A stretch of 39,429 nt of DNA, taken from NCBI GenBank assembly GCA_041178085.1, contig JBEGVZ010000023.1:1-39429 (forward strand), given 5' to 3'. Shown in pieces: positions 32,358 to 39,429 of this stretch (the stretch's first letter is position 1; every line of letters starts with the position of its first letter). The translations under genes were made by a program, and so were the position numbers. Under the pieces are notes generated by a model that saw only the letters and a program-made list of their open reading frames with translations, had not been told where the DNA came from and searched no databases. The stretch comes from Pseudomonadota bacterium (lineage in GTDB: Bacteria > Bdellovibrionota_B > Oligoflexia > Oligoflexales > RGVZ01).

Positions 32358-33741
32358 CCAGGTTCTCCCGCAGGATGTTCGCGACTTTCCAGACGTCTCC
32401 AGCACCTACAGTTAAAATTATCGCTGGACGGGAGGAAAGTTGCAAAGCCATGCGGGAAGCTTCTGATTTGTCCGAACAAAGGACAGCATTTGTTGAAGAA
32501 GCCAAGGAGATATCCTTGGCCAGACCGGCAAGATCGGGGGTCGAAACGGGGGATTCACCGGCAGCGTAGACCGGCAACAAGATGACATTTGTGGCTCCCC
32601 GAAAGGAAGACACGGTCAGGTCGTACATGGTTTCAAGGCGTGAATAACGGTGCGGCTGATGAATGACAGTGATGTGATGAGACGGCCAGGCACTTCTCAC
32701 TGCTGCGATGCAGGCCTGGATTTTTCCGGGGTTGTGGGCATAGTCATCGATGACCTTGACTTGCTCATCGTCGACAACAACCTCCATGCGCCGACTAACA
32801 CCGGCGAAAGTTTCCAGTGACTGTGCTGCAATCCTGACATCCAGTCCAAAGGCCCTGGCCACAGACAGACCGGCCAGCGCATTCAGGACATTATGGCGCC
32901 CGGCAAGGGGCAGCTTGCATCGTAAACGGTCTCGTTCCACGACGGCAGTAAAGGTCGTCTCGAAACCCCTCGTCTGGATGTCAATTGCCCTGACTTCGCA
33001 GCCAAGAAGAAAGCCGTAGGTCAGCCTGGGGCGGTTGATGCCTTCAGAAACCTCACGGACGACCGGGTCATCCCAGCAGCAGACGACGCCGGCATCGGGG
33101 TCAGATGTCTTCAAGTAATCATGGAACGCTGCCTTGATGTTTTCAAATGAACCATAAAAGTCCAGGTGATCACGGTCGACGTTGGTCAGCACAGCAAGCG
33201 TCGGCTCGTATTTCAAAAAAGTGCCGTCCGACTCGTCGGCCTCCGCAACAAAGAACCTGCCATCACCAACTCTTGTGCTTGAGTGGACGTCCAGCATGAC
33301 GCCGCCAACGACCGCGCCTGGTGCAGCCCCGCAGGAAGTGAGCACGTGGGTGATCAGCGCTGTGGTCGTCGTCTTGCCGTGGGTTCCTGCCACAGTGACG
33401 GAGTTTGCGCCGCGCATCAGCCGGGCAAGAAAATCAGAGCGATGGAGGACCGGGATACCGCGCGCGCGAGCTTCGAGCAGCTCTGGATTGTCCGGCTTGA
33501 TCGCAGATGAGACGATCACCTCATCGATATCGCCAAGGTTTGTGGCCCCGTGATCAAGGAAAACCTTCGCCCCGAGCAATTCGATGCGACGCAGGCTGTC
33601 ATTGTCGGCAACGTCACTCCCGGTCACATCCCAGCCCATGCCGAGAGCATATTCGGCAAGGCCTGACATGCCGCTACCGCCGATGCCAATGAAGTGGCAT
33701 TTGATTTTTTTAGGTGGAGGGGGCTTCAAGCCGGCGACCAT
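32350..33741 (-). CDS. murC: UDP-N-acetylmuramate--L-alanine ligase
   Basis: 'HFIGIGGSGMSGLA', 'VAGTHGKTTTT', 'EADESDGTF', 'DDYAHNP', 'QPHRYSR', 'GAGDV'. ATG 33741. Confidence 0.96.
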   Translation of the reverse strand: MVAGLKPPPPKKIKCHFIGIGGSGMSGLAEYALGMGWDVTGSDVADNDSLRRIELLGAKVFLDHGATNLGDIDEVIVSSAIKPDNPELLEARARGIPVLHRSDFLARLMRGANSVTVAGTHGKTTTTALITHVLTSCGAAPGAVVGGVMLDVHSSTRVGDGRFFVAEADESDGTFLKYEPTLAVLTNVDRDHLDFYGSFENIKAAFHDYLKTSDPDAGVVCCWDDPVVREVSEGINRPRLTYGFLLGCEVRAIDIQTRGFETTFTAVVERDRLRCKLPLAGRHNVLNALAGLSVARAFGLDVRIAAQSLETFAGVSRRMEVVVDDEQVKVIDDYAHNPGKIQACIAAVRSAWPSHHITVIHQPHRYSRLETMYDLTVSSFRGATNVILLPVYAAGESPVSTPDLAGLAKDISLASSTNAVLCSDKSEASRMALQLSSRPAIILTVGAGDVWKVANILRENLVG

Positions 33742-34924
33742 CGCGGAGCATTGTCTCCTGGCCCTCAGGGATCGTGGACTCGCGGGCCAGGCGCGAGAGT
33801 ACACCAGTCACGGCCAGGAAGACCAGCAAACTGCTAGCTCCACTGCTTACAAACGGAAGGGGCATGCCCTTGGTTGGGAGCAGACCCATCGTGACTCCCA
33901 TGTTCAGGGCCGACTGGCCAAAGATGAGCACGCTGCAGCCAAAGGCCAGCAGGGCCCGGTATCGGCTGGTTTGCCGGGCCGCTACCGCAAGGCCAACCCA
34001 GGTCATGAAGCAAAAAGCCATGGCGACAAGGAGTATCCCGATCAGACCAAGCTCCTCACCAATCACAGACAGAATGAAATCTGTGTGGGCCTCTGGCAGG
34101 AAAAAAAGCTTTTGCCTGGATTCGCCCAGACCAGTTCCCCAGAACCCACCATTCTTGAAGGCAAGATAGCTTTGGATGATTTGGAAACCTTTGCCGCGGA
34201 CTTCCGCCCAAGGATCGAGAAAGCTCATCAGGCGGGCCATGCGGTAGGGTGCCGCCACCACGGCTGCAACCATCCCGCCGACGCCCACAAGGGCCATCCC
34301 GGCAAGGTATTTAAAAGGCAGCCCGGCCGCGAAAAGCATTGAGACCGTCAGGAAACCCAGGAGTACGGTCGAGCCAAAGTCAGGTTGCCTCATGAGACAA
34401 ACGGCTAGCAGTCCAAAGGCGATTAAATTGGGAAGTATGCCCCGCATGAAACTCGAGACATCGGCGAGGGGGCGGCCCAGATTTCGTGCGAGGAACATGA
34501 TCAGGGCCAGCTTTGCCACTTCAGCCGGCTGAAAGGTGATCCCACCGAGATGAAGCCAGCGTGCGGCTCCGCCGCCAACCGTGTATACGCCGGGAATAAA
34601 AACGAGAGCCAGAGTACCAAGTGAAAACACATATGCTGGCAACGTAAGTCGCTCAATCCAGCGCCAAGGTACCTGCTGCATCACCAGGATTGCTACGAAG
34701 CCAGCGATTGCAACCAGGGCTTGCTTGCGGAAAAAAACCAAAGAGTCGCCAAATTGCTGGGCACCTTTCATGCTGGACGAGGCATAGATAGCAAGCAACC
34801 CAAGGCCCGTGAGCATGGCGGCACTAGAAACAATGGCCAGCGCAGCGTCCACGCGCCATTGCTTTGCCGGGCTAGTTCCCGTTGCGTTGGTCAGGGCTGC
34901 TGTCGAGCCATTGGTAGACCGCAT
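33710..34924 (-). CDS. ftsW: SEDS peptidoglycan polymerase FtsW
   Basis: 'GAARW', 'QPAEVAK', 'QPDFG', 'GFQIIQS', 'LPEAHTDFI', 'PTKGMPLPFVS.G'. ATG 34924 with AGGA SD. Confidence 0.95.
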   Translation of the reverse strand: MRSTNGSTAALTNATGTSPAKQWRVDAALAIVSSAAMLTGLGLLAIYASSSMKGAQQFGDSLVFFRKQALVAIAGFVAILVMQQVPWRWIERLTLPAYVFSLGTLALVFIPGVYTVGGGAARWLHLGGITFQPAEVAKLALIMFLARNLGRPLADVSSFMRGILPNLIAFGLLAVCLMRQPDFGSTVLLGFLTVSMLFAAGLPFKYLAGMALVGVGGMVAAVVAAPYRMARLMSFLDPWAEVRGKGFQIIQSYLAFKNGGFWGTGLGESRQKLFFLPEAHTDFILSVIGEELGLIGILLVAMAFCFMTWVGLAVAARQTSRYRALLAFGCSVLIFGQSALNMGVTMGLLPTKGMPLPFVSSGASSLLVFLAVTGVLSRLARESTIPEGQETMLRDGRRLEAPST

Positions 34925-37823
34925 GGTTGAATTCCTGTCCGCGGTGTTCAAAATTCCGGAACTCATCAAAACTTGCGCATCCCGGTGAGAACAGCAGCCC
35001 GCATCCTGCGCTACGGGCAGATTTTGCAGCAAAGGCAACGGCTTCCCTCATGCCCGGGAATACCTTTGTCTTCATTACTGAGGATAACTCATCAGCTATG
35101 ATTTGTCCTGATGCCCCGAAACAGATCAGAAGGTTAATTTTATCCTTGCTGGCAAGGATATCCCGGTAACTTTCACCTTTGCCCTTGCCGCCCATCATCA
35201 AGATTATTTGTGTTCCGGTGGCGATCCCGGCCAGTGCGGCGCAGGTCGATTCGCAGTTGGTGGATTTGCTGTCATTGATGACAGAGTGTCCTTCAATTTG
35301 TCCAATCCGTTCGCACCGGTATGGCAGGCCCCGAAAATCAGCCAGTGTGGCCAGCAACTCTTCTTCCTCAAACTGGGACTCCAGGTGTTTCGCAGCAAGG
35401 ATGGCCAGCCGCGAATTGATCTCCGCGGTGCTGGCGGATCGGATCCCAGGGATGACGATTTGGTGACTGTATGCCGGGATGCGAAGATTGAACTTCTCCG
35501 CGACCTCGGCCACGTCCGCCGTCATCAAGCAGAGGCCCCCTGGCTTGATTCCATCAAAGAGGCGCCATTTTGCCTGGAAATAAGCCTGCACGCTGCCGTG
35601 ACGCTCAAGGTGGTCGTGGGAAAAACTCGAGAATATGGCGACGTCACTCCTCAATGTCCGGCTTTGTTCCAGCTGGTATGAAGATAATTCCAGGACGACG
35701 TTTGACTTCAGTTCACCGCGCATCACCATGTCACTTGGTGGATCGCCGATGTTTCCGCCGACCGACACCGGTATGGCAAGCTTCCCAAGCAGATGGCCAA
35801 GCATCGAGACCGTGGTTGATTTACCATTTGTGCCAGTGACGCCAATCAGTCGCCCCGAAAAACCCTGCAACGCGAAATCAATTTCAGAACGGACAGGCAA
35901 CAGGCGTTTTTTGGCCTCGAGCAGGAGTGGATGATCGGCGCGGACTCCGGGTGAGAGCAAGACAAGCTCTGCGCCGTCCAGATGATTGGATGAGTGACCG
36001 CCATCGAAGCAGCTGATGCCGGCGGCCTCAAGCTGCGATTTTAATGCAGGATCCATGTCAGTCCGGTCACTGATGGCGACCTTCATTCCGCGAGATGCAG
36101 CAAGTCGCGCCGCGGCGATGCCACTCACGCCACCGCCGATAACCACAGCGCTGGTTGTGCCGGCGCGGACTGAAAGAGCCGAACGAGCCTCAGCGCGGTC
36201 GTCAAAGTGGTGACGAACTCCAGAAATTTCCTGATAATCCTCATGCCCCTTGCCTGCCACCAGGATCAAGTCTGAAGGTCCTGCATCACGGATTGCTACC
36301 GCAATTGCATCCGCGCGATCAGCAAGCCTGATCACGGGATTTGTCGACGGGCCACCAGCAAAACCGGCATCGATCTCGTTAAGGATAGCAGCGGGATCCT
36401 CTGACCTTGGATTGTCCGAGGTGATGATCACCTGGTCCGCGCCCTGGGCGGCAACGCGGGCCATCTCTGGCCGCTTGCCCCGATCCCGGTCCCCACCGCA
36501 GCCAAAGACACACCAAATCCTTGACTTGGAATCAGGTCGAATTTGCCGGACGATGGCGAGTGCTTTATCAAGCGCATCAGGTGTGTGGGCATAGTCCACG
36601 AATACAGCTGGAAGGTCCGCTTTGAATTTCTGCCCCGCCAACGCAACCCGCTCCATCCGCCCAGGCACAGGAAGGATGTCTTGCAGGTGGGAGGGAGACG
36701 GCCAGGTTTTAGTGATTTTTTCTGCCGCAAGAATTGCAGCAGTGGCATTTTCAACGAACACATCGCCAAAAACAGGCAACTCGACCTCAAGTCCCAGGTG
36801 CTTTCCGGTGCGGGCGTCGAACACAGAAAGACTCATCCGTGTACCTTCAGGCCGGGATGAAATGATCCTTGCGCTGGCACAGCTAAGGCCCGGCCAATCG
36901 GCCTGGTCAAGGCCGATTCCGTATATCCAGGTGTCGTCATGCCCCGATGCATGGTTGAACCCGGGTGTTGCCATTGCCCGATGCGCGACAGAAGCATGCA
37001 GGATCCTTCGACCGCCCGGAACCATGCGTTCGCTGAAAAGTCGCATCTTGGTCGCGAAGTAGTTTTCTTCGGTCCCATGAAAATCAAGATGATCGCGGGA
37101 GAAACTTGTGAATACGGCAGCGTCGAAAGTAAGGGGAACCACTTTTTCCTGGGCCAGGCTATGGGACGACACTTCCATGGCGCAGACTTTTGCACCAAGA
37201 CTTTTATATCCGGCAAGGTGCGGGTAGAGGAAATCTGGATCCGGGCTGGTGTGGCTGGTGGCGTTATGGGTATTGCGAAAATAAAGGCCCAGAGTGCCAA
37301 TGGAGACTGTCGGTTGGCCCATCGCATCTAAAATACCGCGCAGTAACCAGACCGTGCTCGTCTTGCCGTTGGTGCCTGTCACGCCAATTAACGATCCCGG
37401 GGTTGCGGCAGCGGTGTTTTCGGGATCACGGGCAGCTTCTACTTCCAGGACTGCCCAAGCAGCACGGGCACTGCTTACACAAAAGACGACCAAAGTTGCC
37501 CTGATTTCCTCTGGTAGCGCAGCCATCAAGCGCGTCAGCTTCGCTTCGTTATCGCCAACCAGGGTCCGGCAGCCCGCTTCGATGGCGCGTTCAGCAAAGT
37601 CATGGCTGTCCGCCCTGGTGCCGGAGAACATGAGAAAGATCGAATTTTTTCCCGCGGATCGACTGGAAACAGAAATCCCAAGCGGCTTAGCGTCGTCTGC
37701 CGTGCCGCTAGCCCACAGTAAAAGACCGGCTTTTTCCAGGGCGCTGCGTGCCTTCGATCCTGAGATCGGCCTTCTTGACCATGGACCTTTTTCTTGAACC
37801 AAGCTCTTAGAGTCTCCCGGCAC
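34872..37823 (-). CDS. murE-murD: Bifunctional MurE-MurD fusion (mDAP ligase N-terminal, D-Glu ligase C-terminal)
   Basis: One uninterrupted frame. MurE half: 'GVTGTNGKTS', 'MEVSSH', 'VDYAHTPDAL', 'FGCGGDRD.GKR', 'SDNPRSE', 'AGKGHE.YQ'. MurD half from about 36160: 'VIGGGVSG', 'SPG', 'TGTNGKSTT', 'ELSSYQL', 'NDSKSTN', 'SPGCASFDEF.NFEHRG'. Start uncertain (ATG 37880, GTG 37823, TTG 37802). Confidence 0.92.
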   Translation of the reverse strand: MPGDSKSLVQEKGPWSRRPISGSKARSALEKAGLLLWASGTADDAKPLGISVSSRSAGKNSIFLMFSGTRADSHDFAERAIEAGCRTLVGDNEAKLTRLMAALPEEIRATLVVFCVSSARAAWAVLEVEAARDPENTAAATPGSLIGVTGTNGKTSTVWLLRGILDAMGQPTVSIGTLGLYFRNTHNATSHTSPDPDFLYPHLAGYKSLGAKVCAMEVSSHSLAQEKVVPLTFDAAVFTSFSRDHLDFHGTEENYFATKMRLFSERMVPGGRRILHASVAHRAMATPGFNHASGHDDTWIYGIGLDQADWPGLSCASARIISSRPEGTRMSLSVFDARTGKHLGLEVELPVFGDVFVENATAAILAAEKITKTWPSPSHLQDILPVPGRMERVALAGQKFKADLPAVFVDYAHTPDALDKALAIVRQIRPDSKSRIWCVFGCGGDRDRGKRPEMARVAAQGADQVIITSDNPRSEDPAAILNEIDAGFAGGPSTNPVIRLADRADAIAVAIRDAGPSDLILVAGKGHEDYQEISGVRHHFDDRAEARSALSVRAGTTSAVVIGGGVSGIAAARLAASRGMKVAISDRTDMDPALKSQLEAAGISCFDGGHSSNHLDGAELVLLSPGVRADHPLLLEAKKRLLPVRSEIDFALQGFSGRLIGVTGTNGKSTTVSMLGHLLGKLAIPVSVGGNIGDPPSDMVMRGELKSNVVLELSSYQLEQSRTLRSDVAIFSSFSHDHLERHGSVQAYFQAKWRLFDGIKPGGLCLMTADVAEVAEKFNLRIPAYSHQIVIPGIRSASTAEINSRLAILAAKHLESQFEEEELLATLADFRGLPYRCERIGQIEGHSVINDSKSTNCESTCAALAGIATGTQIILMMGGKGKGESYRDILASKDKINLLICFGASGQIIADELSSVMKTKVFPGMREAVAFAAKSARSAGCGLLFSPGCASFDEFRNFEHRGQEFNHAVYQWLDSSPDQRNGN

Positions 37824-39429
37824 TGTGATCCCCGGCTTTGGAGAGGGACAAGCGCCCTTCCTCAAGGTCAGCCGCAACATTCAGGTACTTCAACGATTTC
37901 TGTGCAATTTCCGAAAAAACCGGTGCCGCCCACAAGCCGCCATATGCCGGTTTTTCTTGCGGCTCGTCTATCACAACAAGGATCACCAGGTAAGGATCCT
38001 CAACCGGGGCAAATCCGACAAATGAGGCAATCCGCTTATCCGCCGAGTATATCTTCCGGACCGGGTCAACTTTTTGGGCGGTGCCGGTCTTGCCGCCAAC
38101 AGAATAAGAGGTAGTGCCAGCCTTCGAACCTGTGCCGTGCGGATCCGTGACGACTCGCGACAGCATTTTTCTCATTGTGTGGGCAACCTCTGGCGAGACA
38201 ACGCGGCGGACTACCTCGGGATGAAACGAGGCAAGGACGCTCCCATCGGCCGCTTCAATCCGGTCGACAAGGGTAGGTCGCATGAGGTTACCGCCATTGG
38301 CAAGGGCTCCATAGGCCTGGACAACCTCGAGTCCGGTGGTGGTCATCCCTTGACCAAAAGCAATGTTCGCAAAACGGATCGGAAGCCAGGACGCAAAGTG
38401 GCTGACTCGCCCGGATGGCCATGGTGGAGCGCGCAGGTTGAGATCACCCGACTCCCCGCTGTTGGCACTTCCAGGCAGGTTTCCGTTGAAGCCAAAAGCC
38501 ATGTAAGTGTTGAAAAATGTCTCTTTACCGAGTCGTTCGGCGATCTTATAGGTGCAAATGTTACTGGACCGGATCAGGGTGCCGGCGACGTCAAGAACCT
38601 TGGCCGGATGGTCGTCGCGGAAGGTGACGCCACCAACACGGTATGCGCCGTTTTCGCAATCAAAGGTTTCCTCGGCGCGGACTTTTTTCTTTTCCAGTGC
38701 GCCTGCGATCACAAACGGCTTGATGATGGAACCTGGTTCAAACTGGTCAAGAAGGGCGGAGTTCCTGGTTTGTTCGACCTTGAGTTGACGGACGTCATTG
38801 GGATCAAACGAAGGATGATTGGCAACCGCAAGGATTTTTCCTGTGTGCGGATCGGAGACCAAAGCAAAGGCTCCCTTTGCCCGGGCTTTTTCGGCGCCCT
38901 TTTTCAGGGCCTCTTCGGCAATTTCCTGGATCACGCGATCGAGGGTCAAGTGGAGCGAGTGGCCTGGTGCCTCCGGCTCGGCCTGGTCATCACCAGTAAA
39001 AATACGTCGCCCCTTTGCGTCGCGGGCCCCCTTGATCCGCTGTGATTGGCCGCGCAGTTCCCGGTCGTAGAAAAGTTCAAGGCCGTGGAGCCCTTTGTTG
39101 TCGAGTCCAACATAACCCAGCAGCTGCGCAGCGGCAGGCCCCGCGGGATAAAATCGGGCGGATTCGGTGATCTCGTAGATACCCGAAATCCCCATCGCCA
39201 TGATTCGTTCGGCGACCCTGTGGTGTACCTGGCGTGCAAGCCACGCGAAGTAGCCGGATCTGTCGGCGACCTGCTGGATTTCGCGCGCCGGGATTTCAAG
39301 TATGCGCGACAGGTTTTTTACCTGGCGATGGTCTGGATTGAATACACGTGGATTGACTGCGAGAGATGGTGTCCGGATGCTGATCGCCAGAGGCTCTTCC
39401 CTGCGATCGAACACACCCCCTCGATACGG
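37807..39429 (-). CDS. ftsI: Class B penicillin-binding protein FtsI/PBP3 (5' end beyond the window)
   Basis: 'RG.VFDR...LA', 'RFYP', 'GLE', SxxK 'EPGSIIKP', SxN 'RSSN', 'FGQG', 'GKTGTAQK'. Frame is open to the window edge. Confidence 0.95.
   Translation of the reverse strand, partial: PYRGGVFDRREEPLAISIRTPSLAVNPRVFNPDHRQVKNLSRILEIPAREIQQVADRSGYFAWLARQVHHRVAERIMAMGISGIYEITESARFYPAGPAAAQLLGYVGLDNKGLHGLELFYDRELRGQSQRIKGARDAKGRRIFTGDDQAEPEAPGHSLHLTLDRVIQEIAEEALKKGAEKARAKGAFALVSDPHTGKILAVANHPSFDPNDVRQLKVEQTRNSALLDQFEPGSIIKPFVIAGALEKKKVRAEETFDCENGAYRVGGVTFRDDHPAKVLDVAGTLIRSSNICTYKIAERLGKETFFNTYMAFGFNGNLPGSANSGESGDLNLRAPPWPSGRVSHFASWLPIRFANIAFGQGMTTTGLEVVQAYGALANGGNLMRPTLVDRIEAADGSVLASFHPEVVRRVVSPEVAHTMRKMLSRVVTDPHGTGSKAGTTSYSVGGKTGTAQKVDPVRKIYSADKRIASFVGFAPVEDPYLVILVVIDEPQEKPAYGGLWAAPVFSEIAQKSLKYLNVAADLEEGRLSLSKAGDHSAGRL

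Noticed and set aside
38074..39045. 323-aa antisense ORF within ftsI, and other long antisense ORFs (e.g. 4581-5306, 33584-34342, 21208-21891)
   Set aside because: They lie opposite conserved genes, have no recognisable motifs, and are expected from codon bias in GC-rich DNA.

Overview
Chromosomal origin region of a diderm bacterium. The gene arrangement (parAB directly upstream of atpF'F, signal-peptide-bearing c subunit, oriC between dnaA and dnaN) suggests a Bdellovibrionota/Oligoflexia or other 'deltaproteobacterial'-type lineage; this is an inference. Left arm: an unknown lipoprotein plus outer-membrane barrel pair (+) converges on a tightly packed minus-strand run dnaA-[oriC]-dnaN-gyrB-gyrA-gatC-gatA-gatB-serine hydrolase-FAD oxidoreductase, with no recF. 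Divergent from dnaA is a complete F-type ATP synthase gene set with three parS sites and parAB lying between atpE and atpF', followed by a GT4 glycosyltransferase and an atypical SDR. These converge on a stripped-down dcw cluster (ftsI, murE-murD fusion, ftsW, murC, ftsQ, ftsA, ftsZ) that lacks murF, mraY, murG, murB and ddl. The most notable items are the single-ORF MurE-MurD fusion, the selective dcw gene loss, an FtsZ with a linker of about 267 aa, and the oriC/parABS/atp/dcw arrangement. No rRNA, tRNA, CRISPR or mobile element was recognised.
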